In this document: piece after piece, positions 36,742-49,352 of the stretch | How positions within the stretch are numbered: position 1 is the stretch's first letter | How the letters are laid out: each line of letters opens with the position of its first letter | Assembly (NCBI RefSeq): GCF_964213995.1 | Contig: NC_135825.1 | Location: 12,028,001 to 12,092,000 of the forward strand | Source of the DNA: Mustelus asterias | Lineage: Eukaryota | DNA: 64,000 nt | Direction: 5' to 3' | The notes under the pieces: model-generated | Database searches by the model: none | Seen by the model: the letters and a program-made list of their open reading frames with translations, nothing else | What the model was told of the DNA's origin: nothing | Position numbers and translations under genes: made by a program

Positions 36742-37829
36742 AGGGGCTGTTGCCTTGTGGATCCAGAACTGGCTTGCCTGCAGAAGGCAGAGAGTGGCTG
36801 TGGAGGGGTCTTTCTCTGCATGGAGGTCAGTGACCAGTGGAGTGCCCCAGGGATCTGTTCTGGGACCCTTGCTGTTTGTCATTTTCATAAATGACCTGGA
36901 TGAGGAAGTGGAGGGATGGGTTGGTAAGTTTGCTGACGACACCAAGGTAGGTGGTGTTGTTGATAGTTTGGAGGGATGTCAGAAGTTGCAGCGAGACATA
37001 GATAGAATGCAAGACTGGGCGGAGAAGTGGCAGATGGACTTCAACCCGGATAAGTGTGTGGTGATCCATTTTGGCAGATCCAATGGGATGAAGCAGCAGT
37101 ATAATATGAAGGGTACCATTCTTAGCAGTGTAGAGGATCAGAAGGACCTTGGGGTCCGGGTCCATAGGACTCTTAAATCGGCCTCGCAGGTGGAGGATGC
37201 GGTCAAGAAGGCGTACGGCGTACTGGCCTTCATTAATCGAGGGATTGAGTTTAGGAGTCGGGAGATAATGCTGCAGCTTTATAGGACCCTGGTTAGACCC
37301 CACTTGGAGTACTGCGCGCAGTTCTGGTCACCTCATTACAGGAAAGATGTTGAAGCCATTGAAAGGGTGCAGAGGAGATTTACAAGGATGTTGCCTGGAT
37401 TGGGGGGCATGCCTTATGAGGATAGGTTGAGGGAGCTTGGTCTCTTCTCCCTGGAGAGACGAAGGATGAGAGGTGACCTGATAGAGGTTTACAAGATGTT
37501 GAGAGGTCTGGATAGGGTAGACTCTCAGAGGCTATTTCCAAGGGCTGAAATTGTTGCTACGAGAGGACACAGGTTTAAGGTGCTGGGGGGTAGATACAGA
37601 GGAGATGTCAGGGGTAAGTTTTTCACTCAGAGGGTGGTGGGTGAGTGGAATCGGCTGACGTCAGTGGTGGTGGAGGCAAACTCGTTGGGGTCTTTTAAGA
37701 GACTTCTGGATGAGTACATGGGATTTAATGGGATTGAGGGCTATAGATAGGCCTAGAGGTGGGGATGTGATCGGCGCAACTTGTGGGCCGAAGGGCCTGT
37801 TTGTGCTGTGGCTTTCTATGTTCTATGTT
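36742..37829 (+). mobile_element. CR1 family A, 5'-truncated, in intron V8-C9
   Basis: Open RT C-terminal frame 36755-37750, (TTCTATG)n tail, TSD CATCCA (36736-36741 / 37830-37835). Confidence 0.9.
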
Positions 37830-38855
37830 CATCCATGCTCCCGATGCCTGGACAATTGACCTTGACCAATTGCCAGATACTCAACAGATATTCACCAACA
37901 GCTCACTTCTTCCACTGCAGTTAATTCCCCAGCTCATTAAACCTCCACACTCGGTTGAAGTCAGACTCCAGTGCTGGTTGCACTGAGAATGCCTGAATTA
38001 ATATGTTCAAACACAAAGGGACTCAGTACAAAAAGACCAGATCAAGCCAGTTTCCCCAATTAACTATTCCAGTTGCTGCCAGTGGATAGCTTCTATCTCC
38101 CAGCTCCTGCCCTTTGGATGGTACTTACGTCGGAATTTTACTGCCTCGCCCGCCATGGTATCGGAGCGGGTGTGGGGCAGACAACAGAAATGTCTGTTGA
38201 CCTTGGCTGGGATTTTACAGTCTCGCTTATTCGAGGCCATAAAACCCCACACTCAAATTGAAACAGTACTTACACTTAAATGTTAAATGGTACTTGCTGT
38301 TGAATGTTAAATACAAATACAAACAATGGCCAAATTTCACCGAACTCGTCCGCAGCTGGAATTATCCAGTCCCGCTGCTGTGAATGGAGATTTGGCCGAG
38401 CGCCAAATTCCCTATTCCAACTGGCAGCAGGGGTGGATCGCTCGATATCAGAGAATTCAGGTCAAGATTAGATTTTTAGACAGATGTTTTAAGTCTCCGT
38501 TACCTCAGTAAACATCCACAGTCTATCTCAGGTCACACTCCAATGCTTGTTACTAACTAATCTGCTGTCATGAATATCTGCTGTCCATGCCAGCAATCAA
38601 TAGATACTACCTGCATTCGGCAAGTTCCCACTGCCATCTCTCTCTCTCTCTAACACTTTCCCTTCCTCCTCACACCCTGGATGAGGTGTTGAAATATTTG
38701 TAATATCAAATTATTTTATTTTTTGGTAATTCTTAAGTTTAAAATTTTAAAGTTTAAAGTTAAAGCTTTTTAAAATTAGTGTCACAAGTAGGCTTCCATT
38801 AACACTGCAATGAGGTTACTGTGAAAATCCGTGAATGATTGTCTTTTTCCCACAG

Positions 38856-39179
38856 AACCTGTGTCTGTTCCTGAACTTAGATTTCTATCACCACCAAATG
38901 CCTCATGTTCTGGGGGCTCAGTGTCCGTCTCCTGTGAGTCTGTCCAGGGATCACTTCCCATTCAGTACACATGGTACGAAAATACCACATCTGAAGATTC
39001 AAAGATCTCTGACACCAATAAACTGGATCTACATTGTCAATCCTTCAAACAGCAACATCATCAATATTACTGCACAGCCTCAAATAACCAGGGAGAAAAA
39101 TCCAGTGAAATGGTTACAGTGTCAGTGATCCACATTTCAGAGAATGATTGCAGTTACTTAACACAAATCAGCAACCTTG
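38856..39179 (+). CDS. Ig C2/I-type exon C9
   Basis: Open frame, intact splice sites. Confidence 0.85.
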
Positions 39180-39845
39180 GTAAATATCACTTTAAGTTTC
39201 AAAAAATTCAACTAATTTTTAAATTAATGTCTGTCTGAATTGCTCACGGGTTTAGTTCTATTGGTCGTTCAAAACAATTTTAATAAAAATAGAATTGCAT
39301 TTTTTTTTCACTTTTCGCAACTTCAGGACAGTTTTAAAGTCAGTTCTGGTCAATGCTGGAACTGATTCAGAGCCATTGTTGTGATGTAGGAAGCTCAGCA
39401 CCAATTTGTGAGCAATAAGCTCCCTCAAGGAGCAATGTGATCATGAGCAGACAATCTGCTGTCTGACAATTGCTGTTTGAGAATACAATAACTCCAGGAG
39501 CCGGATGTGAAGGAACCGTGCTTCTATTGTACAAAATGAAAATAAACAAGAACCACACGCCGTGCTAAACACAACAGGTCCCAACCAGGACTAAAAGATG
39601 AATGGGCCCTCTCAAGGTCTTGCTTTTAAAAGGGCTTGGTGAACAATCTCTATATGGTTGTCTAATTGTCAATCCTCGGGAAGCACATATTCAATGATCC
39701 CAACGATTTCAAACAGGGAAATATTTAATTGCATTAGAAGATGTATTGGAGAGATTTCTCTGAACACAGTGGTAAATCCTATTGAAATATATGTTTGTAT
39801 TAAGCAGTTATTTTCAGTTCAATTTTTGACCTGTTGTCTTTTCAG

Positions 39846-40154
39846 CTCCAAGGGCCTTGTGGGCCAAAAATAATGTAACCGGAGTTTTGGGAAGATCGAT
39901 CACTATAGATTGTCACTATGACAAATTGTCCCAGTCACATGTGAAATATTGGAGTCGTCAGTGCTCTGTTTTGGTAAAATCAGACGATCCAGATGGACAG
40001 CGAGGAAGAATGTCGATCACAGATCACAAGACACAAGGATTATTTGTTGTCACTATGGAGGATCTTCGCTCAGGAGATGAAGGATGGTACAGCTGTGGTA
40101 TTGATAAGCCCGGCTTCCTTTCAATATTTCCTGTAAAGCTCCAAATATCTGACG
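39846..40154 (+). CDS. Ig V exon V9
   Basis: Open frame, intact splice sites. Confidence 0.85.
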
Positions 40155-41440
40155 GTACATTGTTCTCAGTGATTATCTTTATTACTCTCGACTGAAATGT
40201 CTGATCGGTGCTTTATCTGGGAGGAGACATTGACAGCTCCGATATCCCGAGGCTCCGCAGCAGTGCAGAGTCTGGCAGCTAGAGGGCAGTTAGAACAATG
40301 ATCATGTTGGAGGAATTGTAATTCAGAGGCCCAGAGTAATGATCCAGAGAGATGGGGTCAGATTTATTGCACCTTGGAACCCGCTCTCCTGGTTAACAAG
40401 TTGGCAAGGACCTCACCCATGCTCCCGATGCCTGGACAATAGACCTTGACCCGTTCCCGGATACTCACCAGATACTCACCAACAGCTCACTTCTTCCCCT
40501 GCAGTAAATTCACTCAGCTCATTAAACCTCCACACTCGGTTGAAGGCAGACTCCAGTGCTGGTTGCACTGAGAATGCCTGAATTTATATGTTCAAAAACA
40601 AAGTGACTCAGTACAAAAAGACCAGTTCAAGCCAGTTTCCCCAATTAACTATTCCAGTTGCTGCCAGTGGATAGCTTCTATCTCCCAGCTCATGCCCTTT
40701 GGATGGTACTTACGTCAGAATTTTACTGCTTCGCCCGCCATGGTATCGGAGCGGGTGTGGGGCAGACAACGGAAATGTCTGTTGACCTTGGGCAAGATTT
40801 TCCACTCTCGCTCATTCGAGACCATAAATCCCCGCCCTCGACTTTAAACAGTACTCACACTTAAATGTTAAATGGTACTTACTGTTAAATGAAAAATACA
40901 AATCCAAATAATGGCCGAATTTCACCGAACCTGTCCGCAGCTGGAATTATCCAGTCCCGCTGCTGTGAACTGAGTTTTGCTGAGCGCCAATTTCCCTATT
41001 CCAACTGGCAGCAGGGCGGATCACTCGATATCAGAGAATTCAGGTCAAGATTAGATTTTTAGATAGATATTTAAGTCTCCGTTATCTCAGCAAACATCCA
41101 CAGTCTATCTCAGGTCACACTCCAATGCTTGTTGCTATCTAACCTGCTATCATGAATATCTGCTGTCCGCGACAGCAATCAATAGATACTACCTGCATTC
41201 GGCCAAGCTCCCACTGCCATCTCTCTCTCTCTCTCTAACAATTTCCCTTCCTCCTCACACACTGGATGAGGTGTAGAAATATTGGTAATATGAAACTATT
41301 TAATTTTTTGGTCATTCTCAAGTTTAAAGTTTCAAAGTTTAAAGTTAAAGCTTTTTAAAATTTGTGTCACAAGTAGGCTTACATTAACACTGCAATGAAG
41401 TTACTGTGAAAATCCGTTCATGATTGTCCTTTTCCCACAG

Positions 41441-41764
41441 AACCCGTGTCTGTTCCTGAACTTAAATTTCTATCACTGCCAAATGCCTCATGTTCTGGGG
41501 GCTCAGTGTCCCTCACCTGTGAGTCTGTCCAGGGATCACTTCCCATTCAGTACACATGGTATGAAAAGACCCCGTCTGAAGATTCAAAGATCTCTGGCAC
41601 CAATAAACTGGATCTACATTGTCAATCATTCAGACAGCAACATCATCAATATTACTGCACAGCCTCAAATAAACAGGGAGAAAAATCCAGTGAAATGGTT
41701 ACAGGGTCAGTGATCCACATTTCAGAGAATGATTGCAGTTATGTGACTCAAATCAGCAACATTG
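41441..41764 (+). CDS. Ig C2/I-type exon C10
   Basis: Open frame; translated ORF identical to C7. Confidence 0.85.
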
Positions 41765-42433
41765 GTAAATATCACCTTAAGTTTCAAAAGATTCAACTAA
41801 TTTCTAAATTAATGTCTGTCTGAATTGCTCACAGGTTTAGTTCTATTGGCCGTTCAAAGCAATTTTAATAAAAATAGAATTGCATTCGTTTTTCACTTTT
41901 CACAACTTCAGGACAGTTTTAAAGTCCGTTCTGGTCAATGCTGGAACTGATTCAGAGCCATTGTTGTGATGTAGGAAGCTCAGCACCAATTTGTGAGCAA
42001 TAAGCTCCCTCTAAGAGCAATGTGATGATGATCATACAATCTGCAGTCTGACAATTGCTGTTTGAGAATATAATAATTCCAGGAGCCGGCTGTGAAGGAA
42101 CCGTGCTTCTATTGTACAAAATGAAAATAAACAAGAACCACACGCCTGTGGTGAACACAACAGGTCCCAACCAGGACTAAAAGATTAATGGAACCGCTCA
42201 AGGTCTTGCTTTATAAAGGGTTTGGTATACAATCTCAATATGGTTGTCTAATTATCAATCCGCAGGAAGCACATATTGAATGACCCCAATGATCTCAAAC
42301 AAGAAAGTATCCAATTGCATTGGAAGATGTATTGGAGAGATTTCTCTGAACACAGTGGTAATTCCATTTGAAATATATCTGTTTCTATTCAACAATTATT
42401 TTCAGTTCAATTTTTGACCTGTTGTCTTTTCAG

Positions 42434-42742
42434 CTCCAAGTGCATTGTGGGCAAAAAATAATGTAACAGGAGTTTTGGGAAGATCGATCACTATAGATTG
42501 TTACTATGACAAATTGTCCCAGTCACATGTGAAATCTTGGAGTCGTCAGTGCTCTGTTTTGGTAAAATCAGACGATCCAGATGGACGGCGAGGGAGAATG
42601 TCGATCACAGATAACAAGACACAAAGATCATTTGTTGTTACGATTGAGGATCTTCGCTCAGGAGATGCAGGATGGTACAGCTGTGGTATTGATAAGCCCG
42701 GCTTCCTTTCAATATTTCCTGTAAAGCTACAAATATCTGACG
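42434..42742 (+). CDS. Ig V exon V10
   Basis: Open frame, intact splice sites. Confidence 0.85.
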
Positions 42743-44036
42743 GTACATTGTTCTCAGTGATTATCTTTATTACTCTTGACTGAAATGTCTGATCGGTGCT
42801 TTATCTGGGAGGAGACATTGCCAGCTCCGATATCCCGAGGCTCCGCAGCAGTGCAGAGTCTGGCAGCTAGAGGGCAGTTAGAACAATGATTATGTTGGAG
42901 GAATTGTAATTCAGAGGCCCAGAGTAATGATCCAGAGAGATGGGGTCAGATTTATTGCACCTTGGAACCCGCTCTCCTGGTTAACAAGTTGGCAGGAACC
43001 ACACCCATGCTCCCGATGGCTGGACAATAGACCTTGACCCCATCCCGGATACTCCCCAGATACTCACCAACAGCTCACTTCTTCCCCTGTCGTAAATTCC
43101 ATCAGCTCATTAAACCTCCACACTCGGTTGAAGTCAGACTCCAGTGCTGGTTGCACTGAGAATGTCTGAATTTATATTTTCAAAAACTAAGGGACTCGAT
43201 TCAAAAAGACCAGTTCAAGCCAGTTTCCCCAATTAACTATTCCAGATGCTGCCAGTGGATAGCTTCTATCTCCCAGCTCATGCCCTTTGGATGATACTGA
43301 GTCAGAATTTTACTGCCTCGCCCGCCATGGTATCGGAGCGGGTGTGGGGCAGACAACGGAAATGTCTGTTGACCTTGGGCGGGATTTTACAGTCTCGCTC
43401 ATTCGAGGCCATAAAACTCCGCCGTAGACTTTAAACAGTACTCACACTTAAATGTTAAATGGTACTTCATGTTAAATGTTAGTAAAATGTTAAATACAAA
43501 TACAAACAATGGCAGGAATTCACTAAACTCGTCCGCAGCTGGAATTATCCAGTCCCGCTGCTGTGAATGGCATTTGGCTGAGCATCAAATTCCCTATTCC
43601 AACTGACAGCGGCGACGGATCGCTCGATATCGGAAAATTCAGGTCAAGATTAGATTTTTAGAAAGATATTTAAGTCCCCGTTATCTCAGCAAACATCCAC
43701 AGTCTGTCTCAGGTCGCACTCCAATGCTTGTTCCTAACTAATCTGCTATCATGAATATCTGCTGTCCATGACAGCAATCAATAGATACTACCTACATTCG
43801 GCTAGTTCCCACTGCCATCTCTCTCTCTATCTAACACTTGCCCTTCCTCCTCACACCCTGGATGAGGTGTTGAAATATTTGTAATATGATATTATTTAAT
43901 TTTTTCGTCATTCTTAAGTTTAAAATTTTGAATTTTAAAGTTAAAGCATTTTTAAATTCGCGTCACAAGTAGGCTTACATTAACACTGCAATGAAGTTAC
44001 TGTGAAAATCCGTGAATGATTGTCTTCTTCCCACAG

Positions 44037-44360
44037 AACCCGTGTCTGTTCCTGAACTTAGATTTCTATCACCACCAAATGCCTCATATTCTGGGGGCTC
44101 AGTGTCCGTCTCCTGTGAGTCTGTCCAGGGATCACTTCCCATTCAGTACACATGGTATGAAAAGGCCCCGTCCGAAGATTCAAAGATCTCTGACACCAAT
44201 AAACTGGATCTACATTGTCAATCCTTCAAACAGCAACATCATCAATATTACTGCACAGCCTCAAATAACCAGGGAGAAAAATCCAGTGAAATGTTTAACA
44301 TTTCAGTGATCAACGGATTAGGGGAGAATTGCAGTTATGTGACACAGATCAACAACGTTG
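44037..44360 (+). CDS. Terminal (membrane-proximal) Ig C2/I-type exon C11
   Basis: Open frame, distinct 3' end (FNISVINGLGENC), consensus donor GTAAGT, unique downstream intron. Confidence 0.9.
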
Positions 44361-45034
44361 GTAAGTGATAGTGTAAACATACGATGTGGTCAGTGAAATA
44401 TTTATTGATGTTTGTCTATACTGGTTGCTGGTTCGCTTCCTAATGTCTCTCTGAATGACTGCAACTGACAAAAATTCACTCTGCTTTGTCCCTCAACCAC
44501 TCGGAACAAACTTACTGATTAAAATATTGATTGAAAATATCAGGATCGTAAAATATTCCCCAAACATGTGTAAATTTTGCAGTAATCCCATTAATATTAA
44601 ATAGAACTTGACTGACAAGGTCTCCATTAACCATTCCTGTTCCCATTTCTTGGAGATCAAATTGTGAATAACAATCTTTAGCTGATGTCTCTTGCTTTAG
44701 GATGAATGGTAAGGCCCGAGAGTTGAAGAGTTGATGTGAAATGATAGCATCTTAAGAGGTCTCACTTACAAAATGAAAGAATGTCTTACATTTACTTTCA
44801 CAGTCACCTGACTTCTCGAAGCACTTTCCAACCAATGAAATGCTTTTTGAAGCACTGTCACTGTTGTCAGGCAGGAACCAAACACAGCAGCCAATTTACA
44901 CACAGCAAGATCAAAATAATGAACTGATAACATGTTTTTGATTGAGGGATAAGGATCGCCGGGTGATTTTGGGATAACGCTTCTGTTTTTCCTTCAGGAG
45001 ATCGAGTGCCATCGATCTTATACATCCATGGATT

Positions 45035-45360
45035 CATAGAATCCATAGAATCTTACAGTGCAGAAGGAGACCATTTGACGCATCGAGTCTCCGCCAACGT
45101 CAATCCCACCCAGGCCTTATCCCCATAATCCCATGCATTTACCCCAGCTAGTTCCCCCTGACACTGAGGGGCAATTTAGCTTGGCGAATCCACCTAATCC
45201 GCACATCTTTGGACTGTGGGAGGAAACCAGAGTGCCCGGAGGAAACACACGCAGACAAGGGGAGAATGTGCAAACTCCACACAGCCAGTCACCCGAGGCC
45301 AGATTTGAACCCGGGTCTCTGTGAGGCAGCAGTGCTAACCACTGTGTCACCATGCTGCCC
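45035..45360 (-). mobile_element. HE1-type SINE
   Basis: Reverse complement begins GGGCAGCATGGTGACACAGTGGTTAGCACTGC; CATAGAA-type tail. Confidence 0.8.
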
Positions 45361-46715
45361 ATAGAGCAGGCAGATTGGGGACTCAGTTCAACATCCATCC
45401 GAAAGGCAGCACCTCCAACAGTGCAGCACTTCCTCGGTACTGCACAGGAGTGTCAGCTTTGATTTTTGAGTCCAAGAGTAGGGCGAGAACACAGAACCTT
45501 GTGGCTGCAGACACAAGAGTGCTACCAACAGCTAACACCGGCAAAGAATCAGTAGAATAGAAGGAAATAGTCTGCTAAATCTATTCAAAATTATTAGAGG
45601 CTTTGATAAGATAAATTGAGACGAATTATTTCCAGTAGTAAGAGAGTGAATACTGGAGAGATTACAGTTAAGATCATCACAACATGGACAGCGGGAGAAA
45701 TTGGGAGAATTTTATTGATGCAAATGATTATTAAGATATGGATTGCGTGAGAAACAGAATAAATAACAGCTTTCACAAGGGAAGCTAAAAAGGAGCAGAC
45801 ATTTAGGAGGATTTGGGGAAAAGACACGACAATGGGAGTGTCGCTGTAGACTCGATGGGCCAAATGGCCTCCTTGTGCGCTGCATGGATTCTCTGATTCT
45901 AAATGGCAAATTCTTTCATAGCGATGGAGGGCAATGGACCAAATTTCCTTCTTTGCCGAAAAATTCTATCATCACAAAATGCTGCTCAAAGTCTCAGAAT
46001 TCCATGTTCTAAACACTGAATTACTCAGTGTTAACATAAACACTAACGATAGTCCTGAATTAATGAGGACGTTAACCAGTTTGAATGTTTAATATTCAAA
46101 TATGTCAGTGTCAGAAGGGGCTCAGTTGGTAGCAGCCTGATTTCTGAAACCAATGGGTTGTGAGTTCAAATTCTCCTTCCGAGAAAGGGGTTGATATCAC
46201 TGTACAGCACGGAGATTGCGCTCTGCTGTTGACGGTGCTATTGTCTGGTTGAACTGCTGATCCATGCATCCTTTCAGCTCAATGTAAATGATTTCATGGC
46301 CCTCTTCCAGGAGGAATAGGCAAATTTTCCTGGTGTCTCAGAGACCCTCATAACATTTAAGAAATATTTAGATGTGCACTCGTGATGCCAAGGCATGCAA
46401 GGCTATGGGCCAAGTGCTGGAAAGACAATTGTCTTTGACTGGCATAGACACGATGGGTGCTCCCTCCCTCACTGCACAGTGGATGTACCTACACCACGTG
46501 GACTGCAGCGGTTCAAGAGGCATCTCATGACCATCTTCACAGGGCAATTAGGGATGGGCAATAATTGCTGGCCTAAACAGCAATAACCACAACCCAAGAA
46601 GAGGTGCTCCCTCAACGTGGTTCTCCCTCAGGTCGAAGTGCCATTTGACAATGTGACTCTCTCGGTTCACGACAATGAAAATGAGGCTGATCTGAATGTT
46701 GTTTCCTTCTTTCAG

Positions 46716-46794
46716 TCGGACCTGAAAATTCTTGTGAAGTTTTAACGGTATCGTCAATGCATTCGTCAATTCCAAACTCCAAACCTGCTGAAAG
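46716..46794 (+). CDS. Stalk exon ((V)GPENSCEVLTVSSMHSSIPNSKPAE(S))
   Basis: Pyrimidine tract ttccttctttcag| and donor AG|gtacgc; phase 1 in, phase 2 out, exactly bridging C11 and the TM exon; Ser/Pro-rich. Confidence 0.75.
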
Positions 46795-48249
46795 GTACGC
46801 TGTTTTTATTGTTAGTGTTTAAATGACATGGCTTCTGTGTGAGTGATTAAATCCTCTTTAACAACTTTGGCGTGAGGATGGATGTCATTTATTGTCCTGG
46901 GCCAGTCACAGAGCAGCAATCATTGTTGGATTGCCACTCCGCTTGAAGCTTTCCACCCTCGACTCAGCTCCACATTTCTTGCCTGATCTTCCAAGTCCAG
47001 ATTCTCCAGAACTGTGGAGCGCAGCGTCCCTCGGAGAACTCCATCGGAACTCTGTAGGACCACAGGTGGGTCGGGTGAACGATGGATCGGGAGACAGGTG
47101 TATCGATGTGTTGGTAGCAGGAGGCAATGGTGGTAGGTGGGTGAGAAGACAGTTGTGGGAGGTCATAGGTGTGTGAGATGGGTAGGGTTGCAGATAGGTG
47201 AGGTGGTAGATGTGGAGGGTGGCAGTTGGGTGTGGTAGGAGGTTGATGAGGTGGTAGATGAATAGGATGGTAATCGGGTCAGATTGGCAGGGGTAGCCTG
47301 GTTTGGGGGCTAATCTGATTTGGACCTTGGGTAAGCTAGTGGTGGGTGCAAAGAGTAGTCTGTGAGAGTAATCGGATTGGCTCAGGTTGTGGCGTCGTCA
47401 CAAGGTCAGATGGGATAGTCGGGGTGTGGGGTGATAGTTGGTATGTCAGGGGGTTCATCAGAGGATTGGGGGGACTCCAGGGGGTCAGTGTGATTATTCG
47501 GGGGTCAGTTCTGTGATTACCCAGGAATTAAACTTGATTCTTTCAGTCTAACATTTCCTGGGTAACTATCCAGTTAAGCCCCATGGAATTGTTTGAAGTG
47601 TCTGACTCTTACCCAGAGCTGAAGATTTTCACAGAGGGACTCAGGGTACAGCAGAATTGTCCGTTGGAAGTTCCAATGTCCCAGGCAATTCCCATGGAGG
47701 TCATCATGTTGCGTCATCTGCAGGGTCCTGACACACATCTTGGGTCATATGTCCAGTCTCTGACGATCCGGGAGACTGGGCATCATTTTTCAATCGCTCT
47801 CAGATCAGAAACCTTGGCGGGATGTTGTTGTGTTCGCTTCATAATGAAGGTGCGAGTTTTAAAAAGGGTTGATTTGATGTGATGTCATTAGGGTGCGTGC
47901 TCAGGCTGCTGTGTTAACGCGGAGGTTACAATGGTGATGAGGAAAAAATACCAACTAAACATCAAAATGATGAAAAAGCTGCTGGAAATACGCAGCAGGT
48001 CACTTCTTATCTACAGAGAAAGCAGACAAGGAAATCTCTGAAGAAATGGCCAATATTGATCTGGTCAAAGTTCACTGCTGTTTCTGAGATTTTGCTGTGT
48101 GCAAATTGGCTTCCACATCTCCCATATCACAACAGTGGTGATTGTCTAAAAATACTTCCCAGATTGTAAAATTCTTTAGACCATCCAAAGGTCATGAAAA
48201 GTGCTGTATAATTTCAAAACCCACTTCCTTGAACAAATGGCCAAGAATC

Positions 48250-49220
48250 AATAGTGGCAGGAAACAAAGGATGATTGTTGATGGCTGTGTTTGTGACTGG
48301 AAGGCTGTTTCCAATGCTCAGTGCTCGGTCCCCTGCTTTCTCTGGCATATATTAATGATTTAGATGTAATGTAATGAAAATTACCAATGCAGTAGATAGC
48401 GAGGAGGATTGCTATCGGCTGCAGGAAGATATCAATGGACTGGTCAGGTGGGCAGAAAAGTGGCAAATGGAATTCAACTCAGAGAAGGGTGAGGTGATGC
48501 ATTTGAGCAGGTCAAACAAAGCAAATGGTTAGACAATAAATGGGAGGATACTGGGGGATATAGAGGAAGTGAAAATCCTTGGAGTGAATGCCCAGAGGTC
48601 CTTGAAGGTAGCAGGACAGGTCGATAAGGTGGTTAAGAAGGCACATGGAATCCTTTCATTCATTAGCCAAGGTATGGAATTTCAGGTCAGAAAGGTTATG
48701 CTGGAACTATATAAAATATTAGTTAGGCCATAACTTGAGCACTGTGAGCAGTTCTGGTCACCTCATGACAAAAAGGATGTATCAGAGAGGAGACTTACAG
48801 GGATGTTGCCAGGACTGGAAAATTGCAGCCAAGAAGAAAACATTGGTCGGCTGGGGTTGTTGTCCTTGGTTTAGGGGAGAATTGATTGAGATGGACAACA
48901 TTAAAAGCAGCCCAGATAGAGTGGACAGGAAGGACCAGTTTACTTTAGCAGAGAGGTCAGTGACTCGGGAGCATAAATTTAAAGAAATTGGTAGAAAGAT
49001 GGGAGGAGAGATGAGGAAAAGTGTTTTCACCCAGAGGGCTGCAGATTTCTGAAAGGGTGGTAGAGGCAGAAACACTCAACTCATTTCAGAGATGTCTGGA
49101 TAATCTGCAGGGCAATGGACACAATGCTGGAGAATGGGACTGCACTGGGGGGCCGGTTTTTAGACACAACAGACATGATGGACCAAGTGGTCACTTTCTG
49201 TGCTGTAAACTTTCTATGAT
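48250..49220 (+). mobile_element. Old degraded CR1 LINE 3' part
   Basis: Broken RT motifs (WAEKWQMEFN, VRP.LE.C.QFWSP); ends approximate. Confidence 0.7.
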
Positions 49221-49263
49221 TGTAAAGTCCAACACTGCTCATTTCCTATTCTCTGTGTCACAG

Positions 49264-49352
49264 TCTGATTTACATTGTGCTCGGGGTGCTGGGGGCCATT
49301 CTTGTGGTGTTCGCTGTTTCTCTACTTTTGTACCGGAGGCGAATCGGCAAGG
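49264..49352 (+). CDS. Transmembrane exon (LIYIVLGVLGAILVVFAVSLLLY-RRRIGK)
   Basis: cacag| acceptor and G|gtgagt donor; phase 2 in, phase 1 out; ~23 hydrophobic residues with no charge, followed by a basic stop-transfer. Confidence 0.88.

Larger units (their letters stand above)
5584..44360 (+). repeat. Tandem array of ~2.6 kb units (C exon, ~0.67 kb intron, V exon, ~1.29 kb intron): 10 units plus a terminal C exon
   Basis: Near-identical exon and intron sequence repeats (e.g. C exons at 12857, 15435, 18007); the period is lengthened only where TEs have inserted. Confidence 0.97.

Noticed and set aside
5584-44360. Array as an Ig/TCR/IgNAR cluster locus or as many separate small genes
   Set aside because: V domains have CD300/pIgR motifs; no D/J segments, RSS or C1-set domains; no per-unit leader or TM exons found; only one TM and tail downstream
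46880-47560. ORFs in the G-rich stretch after the stalk exon as a mucin-like exon
   Set aside because: No suitable splice sites in frame on the + strand; the stalk and TM exons already join in phase
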